From NCBI GenBank assembly GCA_045804885.1, contig JBJMMH010000091.1, positions 1 through 45,189 on the forward strand: 45,189 nucleotides of DNA. The letters run 5' to 3'. Below the pieces are notes generated by a model. It searched no databases. It saw nothing but the letters and a program-made list of their open reading frames with translations, and had not been told where the DNA came from. Source of the stretch: Chloroflexota bacterium. Its GTDB lineage: Bacteria > Chloroflexota > Limnocylindria > Limnocylindrales > CSP1-4. Positions 10,379 to 20,010 of this stretch are shown one piece after another (the first letter of the stretch is position 1; each line of letters begins with the position of its first letter). A program made the translations under genes and the position numbers.

Positions 10379-11170
10379 TCAGCCGACCGCCGCCGCCTCG
10401 CTGCGCGCCGAAGCGGTCGTGCTCGCAGCGGAATCCTCGGTGTCGGCGTCGGCCGCGTCGCCGCCCGAGCTTTGCCCCGGGCCTTCCACGTCGAGCAGGT
10501 AGCCGATGCCCTGGAACGTCTTGATCCGGCCCGGCTCGCCCGGCTTGGCGCCAAGCTTGCGGCGCACTCGGCTGATCCAGACCCGCAGGTACTGGAGATC
10601 GTCGCGGTACTCGGGGCCCCAGACCTTCGTGAGGAGTTCCGTGTGCAGGACGACCTTGCCGGGGTGCGTGGCGAGGTGCTGCAGGAGCAGCCACTCGGTT
10701 CGCGACAGCTGGACGAGCTCGCCGTTCCGGCGAACCATCCGACGCTCGAGGTCGATCTCGATGTCGTCGAAGGCGAGGACACCGGCGCCGGGCTCGACTC
10801 CCGACGAGCGTCGGATGACCGCGCGAACGCGGGCCGCGAGCTCGTCCGGGTGGAACGGCTTCGCGATGTAGTCGTCGGCGCCTAGGTCGAGACCCTTCGC
10901 CTTGTCGGCGGTCGCGCCCTTCGCCGTGAGCAGGATGACCGGGACCGGCCGCTGCTCGCGCAGCTGGCGCATGACCTCGATACCGTCGAGGTCGGGCATG
11001 ACGATGTCCAGCAGGACGATGTCCGGGCGGACTTCCTCCGCCTTGGCGAGGGCGTCCTCTCCCCCTGTCGCGGTCACGACGCGGAACCCCTCCTCGCTGA
11101 GGGCGATCGAGACGAGCTTTGTGATTCGAGGCTCGTCATCCGCGACGAGGACGAGTGGTTGCGTACCCAC
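10379..11170 (-). CDS. OmpR/PhoB-family (KdpE-like) response regulator
   Basis: REC domain (ADDE, LLDIVMP, LLTA, IAKPF) plus winged helix (LLTKVWGPEY...YLRVWISRVRRKL...GIGY). No adjacent kinase or kdp genes. Confidence 0.95.
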   Translation of the reverse strand: MGTQPLVLVADDEPRITKLVSIALSEEGFRVVTATGGEDALAKAEEVRPDIVLLDIVMPDLDGIEVMRQLREQRPVPVILLTAKGATADKAKGLDLGADDYIAKPFHPDELAARVRAVIRRSSGVEPGAGVLAFDDIEIDLERRMVRRNGELVQLSRTEWLLLQHLATHPGKVVLHTELLTKVWGPEYRDDLQYLRVWISRVRRKLGAKPGEPGRIKTFQGIGYLLDVEGPGQSSGGDAADADTEDSAASTTASARSEAAAVG

Positions 11171-11260
11171 ACCACACCTCCGGCTTCAGGCCAACAGAGT
11201 ACCGATTCGAACAAGGAGCGCCGGCCGGCCGCACGGGGCGCCGGCGCGCGGCGTCAACGG

Positions 11261-11491
11261 TTACGGGGCCGCGGATCCACCGCCCGGCAGCGCTGGCTGG
11301 CTCGCAGCAGGCGGGTTGATCGTCGTGTTGTTGTTGTTGGTCGTCGTCCCACCGGATCCGGGTCCGAGGGCGAAGTACCAGACGGCGATGAGCAGCACGA
11401 CGATGCCGATGATCCCGAGGATCATGCCCATGCTCGAGCTGCCGCCGGAGTCGTCGACGACGACGGTGTCGTGATCGTGTTCGTGGGTCAT
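11261..11491 (-). CDS. Small single-pass membrane protein
   Basis: MTHEHDHDTVVVDDSGGSSSMGMILGIIGIVVLLIAVWYF, then an Asn/Thr/Pro tail. AAGGAGA SD. Confidence 0.75.
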   Translation of the reverse strand: MTHEHDHDTVVVDDSGGSSSMGMILGIIGIVVLLIAVWYFALGPGSGGTTTNNNNTTINPPAASQPALPGGGSAAP

Positions 11492-11571
11492 TGCCGTTCT
11501 CCTTGGGTCGTACGGCAGAGCGGATCGGCCGACCGACCGCCTGCCCATCTCCTCCCCGGGGATTGGCCGTC

Positions 11572-11638
11572 ATCCTCGGTCACGCGTCGTCGCGGCCAGG
11601 GGGGCCCGACATTGCAGAACCGTTACGGGGGCATATCA
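11572..11638 (-). promoter_or_regulatory. Triple direct-repeat box + -10 (small TM gene and response regulator)
   Basis: TGATAT-GCCCC-CGTAAC-GGTTC-TGCAAT (11611-11638). GAGGAT (11572-11577) lies 44 nt from the second half-site. Confidence 0.65.
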
Positions 11639-11719
11639 ATTCGGACGGATCAGGCACGTCGCCGTTTCGGCGCCAGAGGGTCTCGTCCGCCGCCGGGGCA
11701 ATCGCGCTACGCTGGCCCC

Positions 11720-12085
11720 GTGAGCTATTCGAGCGAGGATCTGGGGGCCCTGGCCGATGCCGAGGAGGTCGAGATCGAGACCCAGGCGCCCGAGGGCCCC
11801 AGCCACCGGACCGTGATCTGGATCGTCGTCGACGATGGCGAGGCCTTCGTCCGCACCTACAAGGGGCCAGGCAGTCGGTGGTACCGCGAGGCGATCGCGA
11901 ATCCGGCGGTCGCCCTCCACGTCCGTGGTCGACGGCTCGCCTCGACCGCGATCCCAGCCACGGACCCCGATTCGATCGACCGCGTCAGCGCTGCGTACCG
12001 CCGGAAGTACGCTGCCGACCGCGCGACGGACGCTATGGTCGCGGCCTCCAATCTCCCGACGACGCTCCGGCTCGAGCCCGCCTGA
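11720..12085 (+). CDS. DUF2255 / split-barrel family protein
   Basis: Pattern EVEIET...TVIWIV...FVR...SRWYR...TTLRLEP. Leaderless GTG 6 nt after TACGCT (11708-11713). Confidence 0.75.
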   Translation: MSYSSEDLGALADAEEVEIETQAPEGPSHRTVIWIVVDDGEAFVRTYKGPGSRWYREAIANPAVALHVRGRRLASTAIPATDPDSIDRVSAAYRRKYAADRATDAMVAASNLPTTLRLEPA

Positions 12086-12101
12086 CCACGAGGGTCCCGT
12101 C

Positions 12102-14783
12102 ATGTACTTCGACGAGTTCAAGCACCAGCTGCCCGACATCGACACCGACGAGACGAACGACTGGCTGGCGTCGTTCGACCAGCTCGTCGAGCAGGAGGGC
12201 GAGAGCCGCGCCCGGTTCATCGTCTACAAGCTGCTCAAGCGGGCGCGTCAGCTCCACGTCGGGCTGCCGCCGCTGACCCAGACGCGCTACATCAACACGA
12301 TCAGCCCCGAGCAGGAGCCCTTCTTCCCGGGCGACGAGGCGATCGAGCTCCGCATCCGCCGGATCATCCGCTGGAATGCCGTCGCGATGGTCCTCCGAGC
12401 GAACAGCCGGTTCAGCGGGATTGGCGGGCATCTCGCGACCTACGCCTCCGCCGCGAGCCTCTACGAGGTGGGGTTCAACCACTTCTTCCGGGGGAAGGAC
12501 GACGGCCAGATCGGTGACCAGATCTTCTACCAGGGCCACGCAGCGCCCGGTATCTACGCCCGGGCGTTCCTCGAAGGTCGGCTGAGCGAGGGCCAGCTCG
12601 ACCACTTCCGGCGAGAGTCCGTCCCCGGCGAGGGCCTGCCGTCCTACCCCCATCCGCGGCTCATGCCGGACTTCTGGGAGTTCCCGACGGTCTCGATGGG
12701 AATAGGGCCGATCAGCGCGGTGTACCAGGCGCGGTTCAATCGCTACCTCCAGAACCGCGGCCAACTCGACACGTCAGGCTCGCGTGTGTGGGCCTTCGTC
12801 GGCGATGGTGAGACAGACGAGCCCGAAACCCTCGGGGCGCTCCACGTTGCCTCCCGGGAGGGCCTCGACAACCTGACGTTCGTCGTGAACTGCAACCTCC
12901 AGCGACTGGACGGCCCCGTGCGCGGCAACGGCAAGATCATCCAGGAGCTCGAGTCCGCGTTCCGCGGTGCCGGCTGGAACGTCATCAAGGTCATCTGGGC
13001 CCGGGAGTGGGACGAGCTGCTCGCCCGTGACGTCGACGGCGTCCTCGTCCAGAAGATGAACGACACGCTCGACGGCGAGTTCCAGAAGTACTCGGTCGCG
13101 GGCGGCGCGTACATCCGGGAGCACTTCTTCGGGCCGGATCCGCGCCTGCGCAAGCTCGTCGAGCACCTGTCCGACGACGACCTTGCCAAGCTCCGCCGCG
13201 GCGGCCACGACTACCGCAAGGTCTACGCCGCCTACAAGGCCGCCACCGAGTACAAGGGCGCGCCGACGGTGATCCTCGCCAAGACCGTCAAGGGCTGGAC
13301 GCTGGGCCCCGGCGTGGAGGCCCGCAACATCACCCACCAGGCGAAGAAGCTGTCCGAGGCCGAGCTCACGATCTTCCGGGATCGCCTCGAGCTTCCTATC
13401 CCGGACGCGAAGCTCAAGGACGCGCCGTACTACCACCCCGGCCCCGACTCCGAGGAGGTCCAGTACCTCCGCGAGCGGCGCAAGGCGCTGGGTGGCTCGA
13501 TCCCGAGACGCGTCGTCCGATCGAAGCCGCTGCCGGCGCCGGCGGAAGGCGTCGACAAGGAGTTCGCGGCCGGCTCCGACACGCCGGTCTCGACGACTAT
13601 GGTCTTCACCCGGATCCTCCGGAACCTGATCCGCGACAAGGAGCTGGGACCGCGGATCGTGCCGATCATCCCGGACGAGGCGCGGACGTTCGGCATGGAT
13701 CCGCTCTTCAAGGAGGTCGGGATCTACGCCGCCCTCGGCCAGCGCTACGAGCCGGTCGACTCCGACCTCGTGCTGAGCTACCGGGAGGCTGTCGACGGCC
13801 AGGTCCTCGAAGAGGGCATCACCGAGGCGGGCTCGATGGCCTCGCTCCAGGCGGCCGCAACCTCGTACGCGTCACTCGGCCACCCCACGATCCCGTTCTA
13901 CATCTTCTACTCGATGTTCGGGTTTCAGCGGACGGGCGACCAGATCTGGGCGCTGGGCGACGCCCGCGGCCGCGGCTTCATGATGGGCGCGACCGCCGGC
14001 CGGACGACCCTGACCGGCGAGGGTCTCCAGCACGACGACGGTCATACCCACATCCACGCCTCGACCGTCCCGAACTGCCGGCCCTACGACCCTGCCTACG
14101 CCTACGAGCTGGCGGCCATCGTCCGCGACGGCATCGAGCGGATGTATTCGAAGGGCGAGGACGTCTTCTACTACATCACGATCTACAACGAGAACTACGC
14201 CCAGCCGCCCAAGCCCGACGGAGTCGACGAGGGCATCATCCGCGGCATCTACCGGCTCCGCGAGGCGCCCGACCTGGGCCGGAAGGCGCATCGGGCCCGG
14301 CTCGTCGGATCCGGCTCGATCCTCCAGCAGGCCGTCGCCGCCCAGGAGCTCCTCGCCGAGAAGTTCGGCATCGCCGCCGAGGTCTACTCGGCGCCCTCGT
14401 TCCCGCTGCTCCGCCGAGACGCGCTCGAGGCCGAGCGCTGGAATCGGCTCCATCCGGACGAGGCGCCGCGCATCCCGTACGTCGCTCAGGTCCTCGGCCC
14501 CGACGGTGGGCCGATCATCGCCGCAACCGACTGGCTGAAGGCGCTGCCCGACATGGTCTCGCGTTGGCTCCCGCCGTACTACGTCTCGCTGGGAACGGAC
14601 GGCTTCGGCCGCAGCGACACCCGCGAGGCGCTCCGGTCGCTGTTCGAGATCGACGCGCCGCACATTGCCGCGGCGACGCTCGCCGAGCTGGCCCGGTGTG
14701 CCGCGATGCCGGCGCCGAAAGCCGCCGCCGGCATCCGCGAGCGGGGGATCGAGCCAGACAAGCTGGACCCGGTCGCGCTCTAG
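12102..14783 (+). CDS. aceE: Pyruvate dehydrogenase E1, homodimeric type
   Basis: Motifs YINTI, GGHLATYAS, FPTVSMG, GDGETDE (TPP), NLQRLDGPVRGN, PDEARTFG, YSMFGFQR, GEGLQH, GTDGFGRSD. Confidence 0.97.
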   Translation: MYFDEFKHQLPDIDTDETNDWLASFDQLVEQEGESRARFIVYKLLKRARQLHVGLPPLTQTRYINTISPEQEPFFPGDEAIELRIRRIIRWNAVAMVLRANSRFSGIGGHLATYASAASLYEVGFNHFFRGKDDGQIGDQIFYQGHAAPGIYARAFLEGRLSEGQLDHFRRESVPGEGLPSYPHPRLMPDFWEFPTVSMGIGPISAVYQARFNRYLQNRGQLDTSGSRVWAFVGDGETDEPETLGALHVASREGLDNLTFVVNCNLQRLDGPVRGNGKIIQELESAFRGAGWNVIKVIWAREWDELLARDVDGVLVQKMNDTLDGEFQKYSVAGGAYIREHFFGPDPRLRKLVEHLSDDDLAKLRRGGHDYRKVYAAYKAATEYKGAPTVILAKTVKGWTLGPGVEARNITHQAKKLSEAELTIFRDRLELPIPDAKLKDAPYYHPGPDSEEVQYLRERRKALGGSIPRRVVRSKPLPAPAEGVDKEFAAGSDTPVSTTMVFTRILRNLIRDKELGPRIVPIIPDEARTFGMDPLFKEVGIYAALGQRYEPVDSDLVLSYREAVDGQVLEEGITEAGSMASLQAAATSYASLGHPTIPFYIFYSMFGFQRTGDQIWALGDARGRGFMMGATAGRTTLTGEGLQHDDGHTHIHASTVPNCRPYDPAYAYELAAIVRDGIERMYSKGEDVFYYITIYNENYAQPPKPDGVDEGIIRGIYRLREAPDLGRKAHRARLVGSGSILQQAVAAQELLAEKFGIAAEVYSAPSFPLLRRDALEAERWNRLHPDEAPRIPYVAQVLGPDGGPIIAATDWLKALPDMVSRWLPPYYVSLGTDGFGRSDTREALRSLFEIDAPHIAAATLAELARCAAMPAPKAAAGIRERGIEPDKLDPVAL

Positions 14784-14835
14784 GCGGGACCGGGTCCGGA
14801 CCGGCTCGATTGGGCTGGTCGCGCCAGCCGAGTCG

Positions 14836-15546
14836 CTATCGGATGCGCCGCCCGGCGAGGGTTCCGACGCGGCGCCAGGACGTCAGGACGACGCCGCCCA
14901 CAACGGTCGTCAGCGCGACGATCGCGGCGATCAGGCCGCTGTTGTCAGCAGCCGAGGCGCTCGCGACTGTGCCGGTGTCGGTCGGCGGAGGCGTGATGTT
15001 CCCGGCCGCGGCCGCGTCGCCACCGGCGGTGCCGCCGACGCCGAGGTCCGTGCCGTTGTCGGTCGGCGGGGGAGGCGGTTCCTCAGCCGGCTCTTCCGCC
15101 GCGCAGTCGACGACGAAGCTGCGGACGCCGTTGCTGCCGTCGGGCGGGTACTCGTCGTCCCAGACGATGTTGTAGTTGCCGTTCGGGACCGTCAGCGAGC
15201 CGGAGTCGGGGACGCGGAGCTTGCCGTCGGCGTCGGTCGGGCCGCCCTGGCCCTTGAGGACCGTGGTGCCGTCGAGCGGGGCCGCGTTCCACTCCTTGAC
15301 CTTCCAGCCGACGACGTCGGCCTGGATGCCGAGATCGAACTCGAAGAAGAAGTTGCAGACGTGGGCCTGGCCGTCGACGACCATCTCCTGGCCGCTGTCG
15401 GCGTCGATGATCGCGACGGTGCCGTACTTGTCTCCGTCGCTGGCCGCGGCGTGACCGGCGCCGAAGACGGCGAGGACCAGCGCGGCAGGGGCGGCCGCAA
15501 GCGCGAGCCGCCGGATTCTGGGTCGGGACCTTGGCAATGCGGACAT
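14836..15546 (-). CDS. Secreted/surface protein with signal peptide and C-terminal anchor
   Basis: Arg-rich n-region, hydrophobic stretch and AxA-type site, acidic domain, Pro/Gly linker, then PPTDTG, a TM helix and a basic tail. Confidence 0.75.
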   Translation of the reverse strand: MSALPRSRPRIRRLALAAAPAALVLAVFGAGHAAASDGDKYGTVAIIDADSGQEMVVDGQAHVCNFFFEFDLGIQADVVGWKVKEWNAAPLDGTTVLKGQGGPTDADGKLRVPDSGSLTVPNGNYNIVWDDEYPPDGSNGVRSFVVDCAAEEPAEEPPPPPTDNGTDLGVGGTAGGDAAAAGNITPPPTDTGTVASASAADNSGLIAAIVALTTVVGGVVLTSWRRVGTLAGRRIR

Positions 15547-15578
15547 GGGTTCATCTCCACTCATTGGGGGTCGACCGA

Positions 15579-15644
15579 AATCTCGGCGAAACCGGCTGCT
15601 ATCAGGCCAACGGGAATGGCCCTCGACCTTGCACGCGTGGAACA
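15579..15644 (-). promoter_or_regulatory. Direct-repeat box + -10 (secreted protein)
   Basis: TGTTCC-ACGCG-TGCAAG (15628-15644), 43 nt, GAGATT (15579-15584). Confidence 0.55.
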
Positions 15645-15655
15645 GCCGGATACCC

Positions 15656-15721
15656 CGACACGCCCCTGATACGGGGCACCCGGCAAATCGCGGGCGGTCG
15701 CCTCGGAGCCGTCCGTACCGT
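15656..15721 (+). promoter_or_regulatory. Direct-repeat box + -10 (glycine-zipper gene)
   Basis: CGACAC-GCCCC-TGATAC (15656-15672), 43 nt, TACCGT (15716-15721). Confidence 0.65.
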
Positions 15722-15778
15722 CAGTCCCAACGGCGTCCGTCCGACGCCGATCCCGCCCACCCAGCAAGGAGTTCGGAG

Positions 15779-16231
15779 ATGGGACACCACGACATGGATC
15801 CGGGTCACGGCGAGCCGGGCCACGTCCACGACGAGAACTGGAACCGCACGACGACCGGCGCCGGGTATGACACGACGCTTGGCGACCGGACTGCCGTCGA
15901 GAACGAGGAAGGCGGCAAGGAGGCTCTCGGCGCTGGGGCGGGTGCGCTCGCCGGCGCCGGCGCCGGTATGGCGGTCGGCGGTCCTCCCGGAGCGGTCGTC
16001 GGCGGCGCGATCGGCGCGGTCGGCGGCGCCGTCGCCGGTGAGGCGACCGAAGGCGACGACGAGGCCGGCTCCGGTGCCGGTGGACTCGCGGGTGGCGTTG
16101 GCGGCGCGGTCGTCGGTGGCGCGGTGGCGGGTCCTCCGGGCGCGGTCGTCGGCGGCGCGGTCGGCGCGGCCGGCGGCGCCGGCGCGGGCGACCAGGCGGA
16201 AGAAGAGACCGAGGAGAACGACGCGGTCTAG
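15779..16231 (+). CDS. Glycine-zipper membrane protein with internal duplication
   Basis: Two GxxxG-rich repeats, each containing GPPGAVVGGA.GA.GGA, with acidic linkers. AAGGAG SD. Confidence 0.8.
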   Translation: MGHHDMDPGHGEPGHVHDENWNRTTTGAGYDTTLGDRTAVENEEGGKEALGAGAGALAGAGAGMAVGGPPGAVVGGAIGAVGGAVAGEATEGDDEAGSGAGGLAGGVGGAVVGGAVAGPPGAVVGGAVGAAGGAGAGDQAEEETEENDAV

Positions 16232-16333
16232 ACCGACCGGTAGCTCCGCCGTTCCTCGCGCGGCCGGTTGCGCCATCGCGGTGCAGCCGGCCGCTCGCGC
16301 CCGAGGAGGAGGGTTCCGCTGGAGGAAGCACCA

Positions 16334-17500
16334 ATGCCAAATCGACTCCGGATCGCCCAGGTCGTGCCCCCAATCGAGCGCGTCCCGCCGACCGGCTACG
16401 GCGGCACGGAGCGAGTGGTGTTCGAGCTCGTCCGCGAGCTGGTCGCACGCGGCCACGACGTCACTACGTTCGCCTCCGGGGATTCCGAGGTCCCCGGTCG
16501 TCTCGTACCGACGGTGCCGGAGGCACTCCGCCCAGGCGGGTACGGCGACGACCCGTCAAATTTCATCAACGCAACGGTCCTGGACGTCCTCGACCGCGCC
16601 GACGAGTTCGACATCATCCACAGCCACCTCGAGTGGTCGAGTGTCCTGTTCAGCCGGGCAACCACTGTTCCCGTTGCCGCGACATTCCACGGCCGGCTCG
16701 ACCTTCCGTGGGCCAGGGCCCTCCTTCGCGCCGCGGATTCGACGTGGCTCGTCGCGATCAGCGACTCGCAGCCGCGCGACCACCCCGACGCCGACTGGAC
16801 TGTCGTTCACAACGGCCTGACGCTGTCCGGCGCGCCATTCGAACGCCGCCGCAGCGACGATCTCTGCTTCATCGGCCGCATCGCGCCCGAAAAGGGTGTC
16901 GCCGACGCCGTCGAGGTCGCGCTCAAGACCGGCCGCCACCTCAAGATCGCGGCAAAGATCGGCCCGACGGCGGCCGAACGGGACTACGAAGAGAACATCT
17001 TCCGGCCGGCCCTCAAGCGGGGCGGGTCGCTCGTCGAGTACGTGGGCGAGGTCTCAGGCGAGGAGCGCGATATGATCGTGGCGTCCAGCTACGCCACGTT
17101 GATGCCCGGGTCGTGGCCAGAGCCCTTCGGCCTGGTCGCGATCGAATCGCTGGCCTGCGGGACGCCCGTCCTCGCTCGCCGCGTCGGGGGCCTGCCCGAG
17201 ATCATCCGGGGCGGCGTCGACGGCTTCTTCGGTGACGACGTGACCCAGCTCGCATTCAGCGTCCCGCGCGTCGCTGGTCTCGATCGCGAGGCGATCCGGG
17301 CGTCCGTCATCGAGCGCTTCTCGGCGGCCCGCATGGCCGATGGCTACGAGGCCTTATATCGCCGGATGCTGGCGACCGACTCCGTCGAGGACGACGCGGC
17401 GTCGAGCGGTAGCGGCAGCGCCCGGGTGGACGGCGGCACGACGCGCGAGCGAGTCGTCGACATGACCACCCGACGCAGCGGAACGGGCGCCGCGTCCTAG
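16334..17500 (+). CDS. Glycosyltransferase family 4 (GT-B)
   Basis: Motifs PP.GYGGTE, DIIHSH, VHNG, GRIAPEKG, EPFGLVAIESLACGTPV. GGAGG SD. Confidence 0.93.
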   Translation: MPNRLRIAQVVPPIERVPPTGYGGTERVVFELVRELVARGHDVTTFASGDSEVPGRLVPTVPEALRPGGYGDDPSNFINATVLDVLDRADEFDIIHSHLEWSSVLFSRATTVPVAATFHGRLDLPWARALLRAADSTWLVAISDSQPRDHPDADWTVVHNGLTLSGAPFERRRSDDLCFIGRIAPEKGVADAVEVALKTGRHLKIAAKIGPTAAERDYEENIFRPALKRGGSLVEYVGEVSGEERDMIVASSYATLMPGSWPEPFGLVAIESLACGTPVLARRVGGLPEIIRGGVDGFFGDDVTQLAFSVPRVAGLDREAIRASVIERFSAARMADGYEALYRRMLATDSVEDDAASSGSGSARVDGGTTRERVVDMTTRRSGTGAAS

Positions 17501-17546
17501 CCGATCGTCGCTGCGCCAGGACGAGGCCCGAACCAACCGACCCGGA

Positions 17547-18737
17547 TCAGGCGCTGCGGAGCGCCCGGCGGAGGATGATCCAGGCGACGGCGGTGTACCC
17601 GACGACCTCGCCGACGAGGATCCAGACGGACGTGATCGCCTGGGTCGAGCCCCGCAGCATCACGTCGCCGATCAATTGGATCCCGTTCGTGACGGGCAGC
17701 AGCGCCGTCAGCGAGCGAACGGGCTCGGTGAACTCGTCCGTGCCCAGGACAAATCCGGAGAAGAACACCGACGCCAGCAGCAGCAGGAGCGACAGCTGGA
17801 CCGCCTGCCGCTCCGAGTCGGAGACTGCGGCGATGAGCATCCCCAGGCCAAGCGACGCGAGCACGAGGAGCGCCACGACACCGGCGAGCGCCGGCCAGTC
17901 GCCGAGCATTGGCACGCCGAGGCCGAAGATCAGCAGCGCGAACGTCGCGGCCGCGATCACGGCGGTGAGGAGCCCGAACGCGACGACCTTGCCGATGACC
18001 AGTTCGCCGGTCCGGATCGGCGACACGTGGAAGAGCTCGAAGAGTCCCGTCGTCCGCTCGCGAATGACCGACAGCGCGATCAGTGTCACGGCCATGTGCT
18101 GGAGGACCAGCGCGAGCACGGCCGTCCCGAAGAACTGCACGACGTTCGGCTGGGCCGGAGCTATGTTGTGGATCTCGGCCTTCGTGGGGGCGGCGACGAC
18201 CGACGGCGGGATCTGCGCGGCGTCGGCCGCGCCCTCGCTCAGTGCGTACGACTGGCCCTCCTGGACGATCCGCTCGACGATGATGCGATTGACCTCGCGC
18301 TCGAGGGCCCGGGCGAGGAATGTCGTGTAGTTCTGCTCGACGGGGTCGGTCACGTTCACTCGAACCTGGATGGCCGACTGCTGGCCGGACTTGAACTTCT
18401 GCTCGACGTCGCCGGGGGCGACGAGGACGACATCGACCTGGCGGTCGGCGAGCCGCTGCTCCGCGGACGCCTCGTCGGTGGTGACTTCCGTCACCTCGAG
18501 CCCCGCGCCCGAGATCTCCGCGTAGTCACTGACGTCCGTCGGCAGGCCGGAATTCGACGGGATGACGACGATCGTGTTGAGCGGCCGGCGGTAGCCGCTG
18601 TAGCCGGCGCCGAAGATCGCCAGGATCAGGAACGGCCCAAGGATCAGGCTGAAGAGCGCACCGGGCCGCCGAACGACCTCGACGAGCTCCTTCCCGACGA
18701 ACGCCAGGATCCTCGTGAGCGCCTTGACGAGCGTCAT
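17547..18737 (-). CDS. ABC-2 type transporter permease
   Basis: N-terminal TM, large extracellular loop, RER..G.FE....P motif, further TM helices, FFSGF. Confidence 0.92.
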   Translation of the reverse strand: MTLVKALTRILAFVGKELVEVVRRPGALFSLILGPFLILAIFGAGYSGYRRPLNTIVVIPSNSGLPTDVSDYAEISGAGLEVTEVTTDEASAEQRLADRQVDVVLVAPGDVEQKFKSGQQSAIQVRVNVTDPVEQNYTTFLARALEREVNRIIVERIVQEGQSYALSEGAADAAQIPPSVVAAPTKAEIHNIAPAQPNVVQFFGTAVLALVLQHMAVTLIALSVIRERTTGLFELFHVSPIRTGELVIGKVVAFGLLTAVIAAATFALLIFGLGVPMLGDWPALAGVVALLVLASLGLGMLIAAVSDSERQAVQLSLLLLLASVFFSGFVLGTDEFTEPVRSLTALLPVTNGIQLIGDVMLRGSTQAITSVWILVGEVVGYTAVAWIILRRALRSA

Positions 18738-19918
18738 GCCGCCGGCTCGGTCGCGGCGGAATCGTCTGCTTCGGCCCGTCGCGTGGCGGCACGATCGACG
18801 AGGAGCGCGAAGATGTCGTCGAATGAGGGTCGGAGCTCCTGGGCAGAGACGACCTCCGCGCCGGCTGCTAGGATCGCCTCGACAACGGCCGGCAGCGCGA
18901 CGGCCGAGTCGTCGACCGTCGCTGTGAACTCGCGCGGGCCACGCTGGCTAACCGCGGTGACGCCGGCGACGTGATGGATTGACGTCGCGTCGAACAGCTT
19001 GGCGGTTTCGACGCTGATCGCTTCGCCGCCGAGCGCCTCGCGCCGGAGCTCGTCCGGTGTCGCGAGTGCCACGAGCGTTCCGCCCGCGATGAGGGCGACC
19101 TGATCGCAATCCTCTGCATCGCCAACGTATTGGGTAGTGACGAAGATCGTGACGCCGGCGTCCCGGAGACGGTGCAGCTCGTCCCAGACCTTCGCCCGCA
19201 ACAGGGGGTCGATGCCAGCGGTCGGTTCGTCGAGGAAGAGCAGGACGGGCTCGTGGACGAGTGCGCAGGCGAGCTCCAGGCGGCGTTGCATGCCGCCTGA
19301 CATCGCGCTCGCCCGGCGGTTTCGGACGTCCCACAGCTCGAGCAGCTCGAGGACCTCGCGTGTCCGCCGCCGGCGCCGCGGCCACAGCAATCCAAACAGG
19401 CTGCCGACGAAGTCGACGTTCTCTCGCGCCGACAGGTCCGGGTAGAGGGTGAAGAGCTGGGGCATATAGCCGATCCGCTCGCGGGTCGCCCGGCGGAACT
19501 TCGCGGGGTCCTCGTCCAGGACGCGGATCTGGCCGGTCGTCGGCCGGAGCGCGCCCGTCAGCATCCGGATCGTCGTCGTCTTGCCCGACCCGGACGGGCC
19601 GATGACGCCGACGATCGTGCCGCGCGTCACCGAAACGTCGATGTCCCTGACGACGACGCGGTCGCCGAACGCGCGCGAGACGTCGGTCATCACGACGATT
19701 GAGTCGCCGGGAACGTCGCCGGTGCGCTTCGGGCGGTCATCGGGGCGAAGCGCGTCGACGGCCGCCTGCTGGGCCGGCCCGTCCGTGGTGCCCCGCGTGG
19801 CCGCAGCCGTCGGTGGCTCCGCGGTTCGCTCGGTCGACGGCTGAGTCGACTCGGTCGGCTCCGGCGGCTCGGGCGGGACCGACCGCTCACCGTCGGTCGC
19901 CCGCTGGGGCTCGGTCAA
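18734..19918 (-). CDS. ABC transporter ATP-binding protein
   Basis: Walker A GPSGSGKT, signature MSGGMQ, Walker B LFLDEPT. Probable TTG start after GGAGGAG; start uncertain. Confidence 0.92.
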   Translation of the reverse strand: MTEPQRATDGERSVPPEPPEPTESTQPSTERTAEPPTAAATRGTTDGPAQQAAVDALRPDDRPKRTGDVPGDSIVVMTDVSRAFGDRVVVRDIDVSVTRGTIVGVIGPSGSGKTTTIRMLTGALRPTTGQIRVLDEDPAKFRRATRERIGYMPQLFTLYPDLSARENVDFVGSLFGLLWPRRRRRTREVLELLELWDVRNRRASAMSGGMQRRLELACALVHEPVLLFLDEPTAGIDPLLRAKVWDELHRLRDAGVTIFVTTQYVGDAEDCDQVALIAGGTLVALATPDELRREALGGEAISVETAKLFDATSIHHVAGVTAVSQRGPREFTATVDDSAVALPAVVEAILAAGAEVVSAQELRPSFDDIFALLVDRAATRRAEADDSAATEPAA

Positions 19919-20010
19919 GGACTCTCCTCCCGTTGGGGTCGCGCGCCTGGGGGCGACGGCGCGAGCTTGGCGGCGCGACAGGCTGTGCATCGGCTGCCGC
20001 GCCGGCCCGG

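Noticed and set aside
10379-11170. Calling the regulator kdpE, walR or mtrA
   Set aside because: Family resemblance only. There is no kdpD/kdpFABC, walK or mtrB context.
11652-11668. Weak repeat AGGCAC-N5-CGTTTC upstream of the DUF2255-like gene
   Set aside because: Poor half-sites and a 39-nt spacing.
15930-16195. GGCGC-rich repeats
   Set aside because: Explained by glycine-zipper coding sequence; not a CRISPR array or DNA repeat element.
16271-16287. Box-like CGCCAT-N5-TGCAGC upstream of the GT4 gene
   Set aside because: There is no -10 at the expected distance. The gene is more simply read as co-transcribed with the glycine-zipper gene.
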